From the NCBI GenBank assembly GCA_904063045.1, contig CAJFCJ010000036.1, forward strand, positions 62,001 to 126,000: 64,000 bases of DNA. The letters are read 5' to 3'. The notes under the pieces were generated by a model that was not told the DNA's origin, did no database searches, and saw only the letters and a list, made by a program, of their open reading frames with translations. This document shows positions 13,004-26,400 of the stretch, piece by piece; positions within the stretch are counted from its first letter, which is position 1, and every line of letters starts with the position of its first letter. Position numbers and translations under genes: made by a program. Source of the DNA: Dimorphilus gyrociliatus (Eukaryota; Animalia; Annelida).

Positions 13004-15155
13004 TCAGAATTTACATTCTCGAAAAAATAATACAAAAATAATAGAAATAGCAATTAATTGAAATTTATAGGTAGTTTTTCCAACTCCTGTCTTGCCATCC
13101 AATTCCCAAGCATTGCATTTGTCTCCTTTACAGCATTTTACGCACTCTGTCTTTCCATCTGCAGTCTTACAATTTTCATTTATTGTTTCTGAAGTGCAAG
13201 TTTCATTTGAACAGCCTCTGGCATATTATAATTTATTTGAGGTTTCAATTCTATATGCCCAACAATCTCCAATGGAATAACTAGTAATTCTCATTTTATC
13301 TGTATTATTGTTGGTACTGGAAATTTCATCTCCACAATCAGTTTGATTTCCTTTACATTCATAGCATTTTTCTAAAGAAATTGTACAACATATTATAATA
13401 AGAATAGATATGATATAGACTAATACTACTTACGAGCACATTCCCTATTATAATTCATCAAGTGGAAATCAGTTTTACATTCAGTGCAAATACGTCCATT
13501 AATGCACATGGAGCATTTAGTTATTGAACATGCTATGCACTCTTCTCCATCATCGCTTAAAGAATAACCAGCAGTACATGAATTGCAAACAGTCTTTCTA
13601 TTCAATTGGATCATAGAAATAACCAGAATTACATTGTTGATCATCACATTTAGCAATTCCATTAACACTACATTTTTTACAATTTGGATCACATCCTGTA
13701 AATATTTAAACACTCAAAAAAGGTGAAGTCATTAACACAATACTTACTTTCACAGAAACCAGGATTAGTGGATTTGTTTATTCTGTAACCAATTTTACAT
13801 ATTTGTGGTATAAGTACATTGGATGAAGGTGTTTGATATGAATATCTTGCTACTCCATCTCCAGGGCAAGGCAGACAAGTTCCCTCAGTTCTGTGTCTAA
13901 TGAAGCATTCTTTGCAACCATCAGATATACAATATTGATCATTTAAACAAACAGGACAGTTTGCAACACATGCAAGACAGTTTCCACTGTTATCTTTATA
14001 ATAACCTCGATTGCATTTCAAACATTTGAATATTCCTATAATTTGTTGTACACATATTTCACAATTGGCAATAGAACAGGAATCACAGCTGAAATCAGAA
14101 TCTTTCAAAGCCCCTGAACTGCATCCCAAAGAGAGGCATATAGCATTATTTTGATTTTCAGGATCAACTCTGCATTCACCACAATTGTATGGACATTGTA
14201 TACATGTTCCAGCATTATTAAGAGCATACCTTGATGAACATTCAGTGCACTTATTAACTGTGGATGGTGATGAAGTTACATCAAGAGTACATGATTTACA
14301 TCCAGTCTGGCATTGATGACATTTTGATGCTGATGAGGGGGAAGCAGGCTCAAGAGCCCAACCAGAATTGCATTCTATACATTCTGAAGCAGTTGTTGAC
14401 CCAGTTGGGCTATTGTATTCTTTACAATTAGCAATGGCTTCACCCCCACCATTTGTATTAATTATGCACTGTGTTTTTCCCTGTGGCTGATAATTAGCTA
14501 AACATTCTGAACATGTACAAACATCATTGACCAACTTGAAAATTTTACAGTTTGGAATTTGATCTAAAGAACAAATAACACAGCCATTTGAATTAGAGTT
14601 CAATAAGGTGTTATTTGAACATGTGCATTCACATTCATTTCCTGAATTCAATACTGCTGTTCCACCAGTACATGTTATTTCATTTTGACAATTAATACAT
14701 TGAATATAGCTTGTCCGTTCATAAGGAGGTAAACATTCTACACAGAGACAGCCACCATCAAAGAACTCAAAGGTTTTACATTCTGGAATTTGAGCTAAAG
14801 AACAATCAAGACAGCCATTTGAATTAGGGTTCAATACATCCTTATTTAAACATGTGCATTCACATATATCTCCTTCAGAATTTAGTTTATGTATTCCATT
14901 GTCACATTGTCCACAAGAAAGGCACGATTGACCATCTTTAGAAACTATTTTACCATTACTGCATTCCTTACATACTGAAATATATTCTCCTTCTGCTAAT
15001 TTTAGTGTGTATTCATTACAATCTGGTATATCTGTAATTTCCATACATCCTACAGTAACCGGATGTTTGAGGTAATGTTTACCTAAACTATCAGGACTGC
15101 ATCTCCCACATATACATACTCCATTGAATTCAACAGCAAATGAACAATGTGACAT
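13004..15155 (-). pseudogene. CXXC-rich (furin-like/VSP-like repeat) surface protein with C-terminal Ly6/uPAR-like domain and hydrophobic tail; disrupted
   Basis: 488-aa Cys-rich ORF with an internal ~80-aa duplication (CECTC..LN.NSNGC..CSL.QIP.CK.F). The last exon reads KCYEC...ARGC...CVKCCKGDKCN plus LIAISIIFVLFF. In-frame TAA at 13226-13228 and a stop/frameshift near 13600. The 5' end was not found. Confidence 0.75.
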
Positions 15156-15790
15156 TTATTTAAAACAAAATATTTACCATTTACACAAAGAAAAACTGAT
15201 CATGTGATAGTATATAATTGTGTTCTTTTTTATTGGTTCTCTCTTAATCCTAATATCAAGACTGGGAGGAGTTTAGGAATAACAATGGTAGAAGAATGAA
15301 TATGTATGAATTGAGTGTCCTTATTAAAGGACAGATCAATAAAAGAGAAATTTCAAATCTAGATTTTGGATAGAAAAGTTCTAGGTTAGATTTTGGTGTT
15401 AGGGTTTTGATGCCCTAGAGTAGCACCATTGTTATTCCTAAACTCTAAATTGTTTGCATTCAAGTCTATAACAAAATAACAATACAAAATAATTTATAAG
15501 CTTCTTAGGTTTAATATAAACCATATTGCAAAATTTTCTGCACAAGGCATTTCAGCTTACTTTATATTTCTTCTTTTGTAAGGTCTGGAATGTCATGTCT
15601 GGACATGATTCTTTGTCATAGCAACAGACCAAAATTTGCATTGGACAAATTTCAAGCAAATTGGACAAAAGCCCTCTACAGAATAGAAAAAAGTGATTTC
15701 AAATTGAGAAATCTGAATACTTAAACAAGCCTACGAAGTTCTATGCATACAGAAAGAGAATAAACCATTTTTTTGCTTATTAAATTTTTT

Positions 15791-16190
15791 GGATGCGACA
15801 GAAAGCGTTGGCAAAACCCTAACCTAGCCTTTGACTCTCCCTAACCTTTATGATTACTCTTGGGGTCGACAGAAAACGTCGACAAATGAGAAATTTCAAG
15901 ACAAAAATTTGGATTGAGAAATGGTTAGGCAAAAGAAGACAGCAACTGATTTGTAGTTAGGAGGGTCTCCTCTAAGGGTTAGGGCTAATGGAAAAGGTTA
16001 GGTACAGCTAAGGGCTAGGTTAGGGTTAGGGTAAAAGCACTGATTTGTGGACATTTTCTGTCGTATCCTTACTCTTAACCCTTAGATGGAATCTCCTTAG
16101 CTGCAAACCAATCGCTACTTCACTCCCAATCATTTTTCAATCCAAAATGTTGCTTTCAAATATCATTTGGTGACGTTTTCTGTCGGTCCC
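15791..16190 (-). mobile_element. Older related MITE (host of a nested insertion)
   Basis: Terminal GGATGCGACAGAAAGCG...GACGTTTTCTGTCGGTCCC, opposite orientation to the inner copy and split by it. Confidence 0.7.
15862..16068 (+). mobile_element. Complete 207-bp MITE with 8-bp TSD (Merlin-like or MULE-like)
   Basis: Imperfect ~25-bp TIRs GGGGTCGACAGAAAACGTCGACAAA / TTTGTGGACATTTTCTGTCGTATCC; flanked by TTACTCTT at 15854-15861 and 16069-16076. Confidence 0.88.
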
Positions 16191-18938
16191 CTAAGGAGTA
16201 TATCTGTGTAAAAAAATGTTTAATAGATATATTAATTATATGTTGAATCCTTTTATTGTCTTAAAAGAATATTGCATATGCTAAAATAATATATATATTC
16301 CAAACTTTTTATCCATCTAATATCACTATTGTAGGCAGCAGGAAAAGTAAAATATTCTATTTCAATAGAAAAAACTGGTAGAAATATGGTGAAATCCATT
16401 TGTAATCCAGTCTTTTTTAACCACATCTTTAGAATTGTTTTCTTATCTTTCATCACTCATTAAGACAAGCATAATAGACAAAGGTACTCAATATTTTTCT
16501 AATTACAACCATAGATAGGAAAAAGTTGATAAAGTGAATGCCAACCAGTTTGAATGTTCATTCAATAAAACATATTTTACAACAAGTCAAACAGTTCAAA
16601 GCAGAAGAACAATCTCTTTTATAATGTAAATTAAAAAAGGCTTGTAATTCTGTACTAAAGGAGTTGAACTGAAGCAATTTCTTTAGCAATATATGCAAGA
16701 AATAGTGATCAATTGCAGGTTTATTAGAGAACTGTTAGCATTTATAGAAGATAGATGAAAAAACATAATCAGACAACATTTTAGGATACGATAATTGGTC
16801 AACTGCTAATAAGATACAATGATTTAAATATCTGCCTTTTATTTTACCATAAACATTAATATTATTTATTTTAATATCTTTCACATAAACCTGAACATTG
16901 TCATTTTTTTCGAATCTCTTTCGTCCAATATCCCCCAATTAAACCTCCAATTCTTTTATAGTATATATCAACACTCTTAAAGAAGACATTGAGAAAAGAG
17001 CCAGAATATACTTTAAAAATCTTTTGTTACAATTACAGCTAATTTAAAATTTTTGTTTAAATATAAAAAATGACATTAAGAGATCAACAAGAAATGTCGA
17101 TTACATCAAAAATATTGAATATACTTGAAGGACAGTTATTTAAATTATATAGAGTTGACAGCCTTTGGCTTGGATCACTGGGGTCATTGGAAAAACACCT
17201 CGAATATTGTGAACTAACAAATCTACTAAATCATTTCAACACAAAAAACTGAAGATTGAAATCAGAAATATCAGTTGCATTAGATTTCGTGGGAATAATA
17301 GAGAATAAATAACGTTGGAGAATCTAATTATTCAGCGAGAGTCCACTTTAGGAAATGAAGCAGGAAGACTGTGATATTTATATCACATAGAATCTTTTAT
17401 TACAATTGATAACCTATCGATTTACAAACATTCTGAGTAGTATAGATGCAATTTACAGTATATATACAGTATACATCGCCATTTTTATGGTTTTACATGT
17501 AAATTTTTAAATTAATAAATTGGTTCACTAAATAAAAAAAACAACTTGAGTAAAAACATAATAAATATTGATGATTGTTTTTGCGCCATCTGGTGTTATT
17601 TAAGTTAACTATAGTGTTTATACCTTCTTTTTATATAAGGCAAATTTCATTTTGTTGTATAATCTCTATTTCTTGTATTAAAGTATTTTTTAAAGTATCT
17701 TAAACTTTAATACGAAATTGTGGATGAAAACTCTGTACTTGAGTATGAGGTAGACACAATACTATTATTTATACATACCAAAATTGTCGCACGCGTGTAA
17801 ACATATAAAATTCTTACAAACAAGCATAATGAATTTAGTATTAATGATAGAACTACCTATCACCAGCTAAAAAGTACCAAAAGGTCAAAGTTGACTATTA
17901 TTAGGTTTTGGACCAGTTCCAATTTCTCTCATTCAATGATTGAATTGAATGTTACCAAAATTGTAACATCTTATGAAAGAAGCTGACTGCCTAAATTTTA
18001 TCTAACCTAATTACTTAGGATGAATGGAAACAATTAAATGAGGAACCATTTATAGAACTTTCAATTGTGTTCAACATTACTTTGCATTGTTGGAACTTTG
18101 AAATTGTGAACTGTTAAACTTTTAGCAAAGTATATAAACTCTAAAAATTGAACAGTTGTTAGCTTAGTTTTGAAATCGTTTGCTTAGATATAAAAGCTCA
18201 GAATATTTAATACACATCTTATATGGTAAAATAATGGCGCTCTGTTGAAAGTTCAATATAGAACTTTGGACAAATTTCATTTATTTGCTAAAACTTGTGG
18301 ACCAACTTAAGGTTCTAATTGGACCAGTACTTTGGCGCATCATTAAATGAGCAATACAGATAGTTTTGTTTGGGATGAGAATGAAATTCCCCCAATCACG
18401 ATACAACAAAGTAACAATGATACCAAGAATGGTTTTAGTTATAATGTATTTTGAATAATTGACTGCTTGGTTGAATTTTAGAATTATCCAATGGCATGTA
18501 AGAATTATGACTTTTATATTAAGAAGAATAATAAAATTTAGCAGACCATTTCTCGAAAACACTTACAACAGAAGTCATTGAACTTTTGTTATATATAGAT
18601 AAATTTGTCCTCTACGCGTGATGTTGAAAAAAAAGAAACTGTATAATAAATGAGTACTAAATTGTCTAAGAGAAGTGAATTTAAAACCTAAAACAATGGC
18701 GCAAATTGTGTAAGCTACATAATAATTAATGAAAGGAAAACATATTTTAAAAAGACTGCACTAATAGTCTTTTATATTGTGTTATTGTGCTGTGTCACAT
18801 AGATATCATGAACAAATAGTTAAATAGATACCAGTTTGAATAATGAACATAAGCAAGTTAATGGAAGACTTTGTTAATTGTCAAAGGGCTTTATATATAT
18901 ATATATATATCACTATTCTGCATTACAAAACTTTACCA

Positions 18939-19744
18939 ATGAAGATGAATTATATCATAATTTCTCAAATTGTAGTATTAAGGTTTTTTCAACAGTTTTT
19001 CCTTTTCAGAGCAGAAAGTAATCTACATTTTAAAAAGTTTTAAAAAACGACTATTTTATTTAAAAATATAATTTATTGCAGAATGCAGTTATACTCTGTT
19101 TCCTGATATCAAGTTCACAGATGGGAAATATACTCCTCCACAGTCGTATGCCTATTATATTGGGAGTACTGATAAGGACAAATGTTTGTCACTTTGTGAT
19201 AAATATCCTTTGTGCAAGTAAAATTGACAAAAGGTCTTATTAACTTAATATATTATATTGATATCAAAATAAACCAGGTCATTTTTAATCACTGTAAGTG
19301 ATGTTTGCTACCTAAAAACAAAGACAAAATATGGGTCAACCATAGAGGAACATGCAGGATACTCTTACTATGAAAAATTTGGTGGATGTGGTCTGCTTTC
19401 TGGTTTATTTCTAAATTTCAAAAAATTAAAACTATTTCTTTAATTAGAGTGTACTTACAAGAAATTTGGAGGAAAACAACTGAATGGGACCAATCTAGAG
19501 ACAAAAACTTCTCCTACAGTTGAAGATTGTCAACAGTTCTGCCATGATAATTACAAATGCCAGTAAGTCTCAAGGAAAATGAAAAATATTGATAATTCAG
19601 GATATTTTTTTAAATTAATAGATCATTTAGCTATAATAATTTGAATGGAGACTGTGAATTGAATGGTTTTTCAATAAAATTGAATCCAGAGTTCTTTGTT
19701 TCTTCAAGTGATTTTGATTGCTATGATTTAAATGATAATTGCCG
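18939..19744 (+). CDS. Secreted protein with two PAN/apple-like domains
   Basis: Hydrophobic first exon, then GT-AG exons CSYTLFPD..DKCLSLCDKYPLCK/SFLI...CYLK and CTYKKFGGKQLNG..VEDCQQFCHDNYKCQ/SFSYNNLNGDCELN. The 3' end is unresolved. Confidence 0.72.
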
Positions 19745-19849
19745 TAAGTATTTTCTTAGTAGTTGACCCTTCAACTTTGATTTCGTTATCATCATCATCA
19801 TTAAAACATAACTGTCGAGTACAGGGTTTTGAATATGTTTATTCAATTT

Positions 19850-20900
19850 TTTAAGCGTATCAAAAACAATTTACAGGGTCTTGAAAACGGGGTTTTATAC
19901 ATTAGATATCAGGGATAGGAATACAATACCACTGGCTAAAAACAAACCAATAAACGCACTTTAATTCATTAATGTTCCAAAAGTTATACTTTCAGAAAAT
20001 AGTTTTTATAAATACTTAATTCAGAAGAAAATACACCTTTCGATAATGATAAAATGGATAACACACTTTCTAAATGTTGAAGAAAGAATGGTTTATCTCT
20101 TTTTCTATAGCCGACAGACTACATTTTATTTACCATTGAGGCTGATGAAATTGGTAATAAATTCCCTATCTAGAATTAGAAGAATGCATAGCATATATTT
20201 AAAGTTTGGTTTTGCTGTTGGACTCGGAAGTATATCAATCATAGTTCTGTTTGTACGCCTATTGCTGTTGTTTTTCAAACCTGCTCAAATCTCTTAAATT
20301 CAAATTTTATATGAGTACTATTCTGGCTATACGGATTTTGCGGGATTATCGTTAATGCTATCACTCTAATAATAGGAATGATAAAAGAACCGTCTCTTTT
20401 CAAACTACTCATATTTTTGGAGATTTCTTTACTTCGCTCTACATAATAATTCTTATAGTAGACTTTTATTAAGGTGAAAATTATCTAGATTTTGACGAGA
20501 AATGGATGTATAGTCTTACTTGTAACGTTTTGGGAAATGTCGTACTTTTAGGCCTATTCCTCTCTTCAACCAGTCTACTGTTATTGACAATTGAAAAACC
20601 TATAATAATATTGAATAATGGTAACTCAGGGCAGTTCTTTAAAAGAAAGGAACTATCCATTTCTTTAACAATTATAGTAACATTTTTAGTGCCATTAATA
20701 CCAAGCATCATTTACAACGTATAGGCCTATTAACTTCCTCAATTTAACAATAATCTGTTTATAGAATTTCCATTCAAGAACAAAAATTTGTTTGAATGTA
20801 AATATCTAAGGAGATTAGAGCGAAGGATGGTTTTCACATTTGTAATGTTTGGAATTCTTGTTCTATTGTTTAATATAGCAATAGTAATTTGTTATGTGAA
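19850..20900 (+). pseudogene. LRR-7TM (LGR/GRL101-like) receptor pseudogene
   Basis: TCSNLLNSNFI*VLFWLYGFCGIIVNAITL (hinge+TM1), GDFFTSLYII..VDFY*GENYLDFDEKWMYSLTC (TM2/ECL1), LLLLTIEK (TM3), then TM4-5; stops and frameshifts; ends just before a MITE. Confidence 0.7.
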
Positions 20901-20984
20901 GATACATTGCTTTGTCAAGAAGTCTTACACTACTCATGAGGTTAAAAATTGATACAAAGACAAAACTATCAAATACAAAATTGT

Positions 20985-21193
20985 GTGGCCGACAGAAAAC
21001 GTCCCCAAATGAGATTTTTGAAAGCAACATTTTGGATTGAAAAATAGTTAGGAGGAGTAAAGTAGCTTTTGATTTATAGTTAGGGGGGTTCCATCTAAGG
21101 GTTAGGAGCAATCAGAAAGGTTAAAGAGAGAGACAAGAGCTAGGCTAGGGTTAGGGTTAAACCATGCATTTGGGGATATTTTCTGTCAAATCC
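20985..21193 (+). mobile_element. Complete 209-bp MITE with 9-bp TSD
   Basis: TIRs GTGGCCGACAGAAAACGTCCCCAAA / TTTGGGGATATTTTCTGTCAAATCC; CAAAATTGT duplicated at 20976-20984 and 21194-21202. Confidence 0.85.
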
Positions 21194-21508
21194 CAAAATT
21201 GTTATTGAACTGACAAACATTTTGACTTGGGCGCCATTTTCTATTCTATGTTATAACAATAACATCTCTTGTTGTTGTTAAGAGCGGCTAAAATCTTTTT
21301 TTTTTTGACCTTTGACCTTAACCTACTTTATTTTTCTTTATATTTTTTAAATACTCGCTTTTAACAATACAAATATCTACGTTTATATAGCAGACTTGTT
21401 CCTGCTCTTAAATTCCTTTGTTAATTCAAATATTTATCTAATTAGTCATTTATCTAAGACTATTCTCCTCTTCAAGAAAGGAAAGCAGAGAGAATGTTTG
21501 TAATCCTA

Positions 21509-22907
21509 TAAAGTAAATGACAGGAATATTGGAACACCTCAAATTTTTATATTGCAAATATTAAAAATCTTTTTCATTATGAAAAAAGATTATTTTTTTT
21601 ATTTATTCAGCATTTAAAAATAGGTTAAATTTGCAATTTTATATAAATTTCTTTAAAACAGCAGTTACATAAGTTTTTACATATTTTTTTAAATAGAGAT
21701 TACAATAGTTTTCTGATTTTTTATTTCTTATTTGGCCTCGCAACATGTTTTTTGGAACAATGTTAAATTGTTGAATTTTTTGTCTATTTCTGTATGTGCC
21801 CACCCTCTCTTTCTATGCATTTGCTTATTCTACAGCCCATTCCCTCACATAAACTTGGCAACAAGAGTAGATTTCTGTTGATAACCTCATAGCAGCACTT
21901 CTTAATCTTTCCCCACAGTTCATCCTCTGGCTCGAACTGTGGGCCATTATAGACCATTGTCTTGGTCAGGTGTCACATGTTCTCAACTGGACTGAGATCA
22001 GGGCTCCTTGCTGGCCAATCAATGGGTTTGATGTTATTGTTTTTAAAGGCTCTTTTTGTTTTCTTTTGTAGTGTGACAGCCAGCATTGTCAGGCAGAACA
22101 TCTTCCACAATGAAGGAGCTATAGTTTTCTGCATTCAGCCTTCTCCTTATTCTCCAGACTTCAAATCACCATCAGAGGTTATCAACCCCCACACCAATAC
22201 TCCACCTCTCCCCATATTTTTCATCACCCTGAAGTCCTTTTCACTATTGCTGGTCCAAGTCCTAAAGTCATCAGGTCCACTTAGCGAAAACCTAGTCTCA
22301 TCAGTAAAAATAACCCTAGACCAGTCCAAATTTTTGCTAATAAATTTGAGGCAGTATTCTTTTCTCCATTTACAATCTGTGGAGGTGAGATCAAATCTTT
22401 GTCTGACTCTTTTGTATTTGAAATTTTGTCTTTTCAGCTCCCTCTAAATTGTTCTGATGCTTACATCTACTTCTAATTCCTTTAATATCTTTGCTGCTGT
22501 CACTCTTTGCTTGTTATCTTTCAGTTTCTTCACAATCCATTTCATCCTGGCTATCGCTCTGTTGGAAAGCTTCTTTGAACCACCCCTATTGTCTTGTTCT
22601 GGTTGCTTATATTTCAAGATGTTACTAACTGTTAATGGTGCCATTCCTAAAACTCTTGCTGTTGCCCTTAATTGCGGCCAAATAAAGAAAAAACTTATGA
22701 AAATTATTAAAAATTTTTGCTAATAATGTTCACAAAATATTATCATTTTCTTCAATTTTTTTCAATAATATTTAACTCAATTTAACTCTTTTTCTATATA
22801 AATTTAGACAAAAATACTAATTTGCAGCGGACAAACAATTTTAACTGTTAATTAAAAGTTGGCCTATCAAAATTTATGGTGTCCATATACTCCTGTCGTC
22901 CACTTTA
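21509..22907 (-). mobile_element. Degenerate Tc1/Tc3-like DNA transposon
   Basis: Transposase remnants VIFTDETRFSLSGPD, GGVLVWGLI, DNAGCH, WPARSPDLSPVEN with stops and frameshifts; imperfect ~30-bp TIRs (TAAAGT..ACAGGA.TAT..ACACC) each flanked by TA. Confidence 0.85.
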
Positions 22908-23442
22908 TATAATAGTTTATCTTAACTGAAATGTCAACTGAAATGGACATTTCCAATGATATCAATGTATATGGTTATCTTGTCAAAAATATACTTCAGA
23001 AGTGAAATGCAACATTTGTAAACGAAAATATCGGTTGTAAATTGGCCTATGCATTTAGTAAATACTCTTCCATGTTGACATTTTAAGACAATTAAGCAAG
23101 CCATATTATTTATAATACATTTATTTGTAAATTTTTCATTTGATTAGTTGAGAAAAAATATTTCAAAAAGAGAAATCTCTTTAAACCGGAAGTCGGATAA
23201 GTCGGGTATTATAGTCAATAATTGGGGATAGACAAAAACTCAATACGCCTTTGTTGAGCACTGATAGAGAAGATAGTAGGAACTTGAACATAGCTGGATA
23301 GTTGAATTTCATCCTTTATTCATAATTCAAATTTATACTTTAAACTAAACAACTCAAGACTTATTGATTATTCGGGTCACACTCCAAGGTATTTCTTGTA
23401 TTGTTTGTGAGGATTTAATGTCAAAGCAGCAAAATGAGTGTT

Positions 23443-26400
23443 TTAGGCTTTAGGCACATCAAAGAAAAAGAATTTACTCATAGAAAAGGACGTTTCGGGA
23501 ATTTGCCTATAATCATTATAACCATATGTTGCAATTTTCATGTTCATTAGCATATAGACTCTCGCCATAATGTCTGTTAAAGATTGTTTGTGAGAATATA
23601 CTCTCATGCAGATAATAAAGCAGCGTATAAAAAGACTTCCATGAGGTAAACGTTCACTGATTTTGCCTAATTGAATTGAATACTCATAAGAAGGTTAATT
23701 ACAAACTGAACAAAATTAATACCTTCTATTGTTGAATAAATTTTAATACAATCTGACATTTCCAAACTTTTTGATTTTCCTGTCAGTTTATTAATAACTT
23801 TACTTAGTAAATTTCCATCTGTGTCTTTGGTAGAACAGTCACTTTTGTTCAAAGGCTTGTCTCCTATTTGAAAAGTGATAAAACAATGTTTAGTAGATGG
23901 AGAAAACGTCCACAAACAGTCAACTTTGGGCCTAGGTTAGGGTATTTCTAAGGTCAGGGAAATCTTAAATTTATTTGTTTCATTACTATGTTAGAGATGG
24001 GATAAAAACGCAAACTGTGGACATTTTCTCTAAAATTTTCTATCTAAAATATTTTTAACTAATTGTCACTTAATCTAAAATAACATTAAAATATATTTAA
24101 AAATATTTACCTCTGCAACAATTGAAAAAGAACACTTTAGGTTTTGAAAATAAACTTGGGCAATTAACATCATCGAAATAGAGCATTAAATCTTTGAAAC
24201 TAGAAAGACGTTTGCCACGTACTGTAATTAAAAACATAATTAAAAACACAAGAAATCACACCAATGAAAAGGAATATTTTTACAATCAAATCCATCTTTG
24301 TCACCATGAGCCATGATAAAGAAAATTAAACAATCAAATTCCGCCATTTTAGACTGCAAATTTATTATTGCCGTCTTAAAATCACTCTCCGTTGGGTCTT
24401 GCAATATTTCTACGTCGTAATTAAGAGTTTCAAACATGTTTGATAAATTTTCTACATCGTATTCACTTCCTTCTCTACCTGCAAAAAAAAGACTTTTTTA
24501 GACTGGTATCCTAACTTACCCTTTCAACTTACCTTCTGAATCATTAAAAATGACAACTTTTACAGTTTGAAACTCATAGTAAAGTTTCTGTGGAAAAAGA
24601 AAGAGAAAGCTTTAAAAAATATTATTGAGTTGTGTTATAAAAACCTTATGACCAAGTCTTTCATGATATGCTTTGTCATTACTAAAATTTCTTGTGTGTA
24701 GATCAAAAGGAATTTTCTTTTCGCTTTCTTTGTTTATTAAATCGAAAATAAATATAAATAAAAAACGTAATTTATAAATTATACCGTATTTGGTAAATTC
24801 TGTTAATAATAAATTATCCATAGTAATTAAATTAACTGGTAGGAAATAATAATTTTTAAAATCATTAGTTTGCAGTTGAAAATCTTCATTGTCTGATATA
24901 TTTTTCTGTTTTGACTGATATGTTATATCAGTTAATTCCATTATCTTTCGCAGTGGTTCGCAATAATTGCAGTATTTTATTGATAGTATTAAACCTTTTA
25001 CAAAAATACTTCCACTATTCTTTAGGTAATTGCAGTCCTCTGAAATTTGTAAAAAAAATTACAGAAAAGTGGATATTACTAAATTCAGGTCAGAATAAAA
25101 TTCACCAGAAATATTTGTAATTTTAACAAAAGTATTGGTTTTTCCTGATAAAAGTTGGCGTTCGATGTTTGTTCTTTCAACTTTAAAAATAAGAAGAAAA
25201 AAACCATAAAACTTAAAAATCTTTCACAAAATATGGTATTTTTTGATATTCATTAATTTTTTTATTACTTGAAATCGAAACATTCATTTCTTTATTTCCG
25301 GCTTGTTCCTGTGGCTTCTTACTCGAAATATGCACAAAGCCATCTGAGCCAGAGCGAGTAGCTAAAAGTATATACAATTAGAAAAAAAAGAACATAACAA
25401 TCTCTTTCAAAGTACAACCTTCACTTTTTGTATAAAATTGAAAAAAAAACATTTTGGGTTGCTCATCAAAATCATTAATATTTAATTTATTCATGATTTC
25501 ATTACATTTTTTAATATCTGAATTTCCACTTGACTGAATAAAAAATATTAAAGATTTTCTTTCTAAACATTGTTTTAAATTCTTTGTCATTTGTGCAGAA
25601 AGATCTTTTGTGAAATCTAAAGATTGAATTTCAAACTCTAAAAAATTAAAAAATCCTTTTAAATTCAAAAAATCTTTTTGAAAATTTGTTTGATCTTCAT
25701 CTAAAGATAAAAAGAAAACCACAGTTTCATTATAAGCACTATATGAATCCTGTGAAAGACAAATATATTATGTTTTGTAAAATAAATGAAAATATATTCA
25801 ACTTTATCATTCAAGCATTTCCGCATTTTCTCAAATTTCTTTTCACATTCAAAGTTTTCCTGGTGTTGAAGTTGTGGTTTATCTAAAAAGAAATATAATT
25901 TGCAGAAAAACTGAATATTAATTAGCTAATCTCCACTTATTTTGGTGTCTATTCTCACCATTTTCTGAATAATATCCCAAAATGCATTGTTTTGAAAATT
26001 TTTCTTTTGGCAGACTGAAAAAATTATCTTTGAACTGCCAATTTCTTGAAATAATTCCTTCTTTTGAATCTCCGCTTTCAATGATTATTATTCCCCCATC
26101 ATTTATATTTTCACGTTTTAGGTAAACCGCAAAAGAACATTTATTACCTAAATAAAATCAATGAATGATGGAATTAGGTCTATCAGAATTGTTTTTTTTT
26201 CTTTTTTTAAAAACCTAGCTTAAAACAATCAAATATTTCTTTGGAGTTTCTGGAAGAGACTTTTGAAAATCCCTCTCCTTTCACTGTTACCCGCAGATCA
26301 TTTGTAGATGACACCTCACTATTTAATTTTTGAAGTGTTATCTCATTCGTTTCCAAATGAACATTTGTAACTTCCTAAAATTAGAAAAGAGAATATATGT

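Noticed and set aside
21962-22723. Hydrophobic plus-strand ORFs
   Set aside because: Antisense to the Tc1/Tc3-like transposase remnants; the same applies to 35923-36514.
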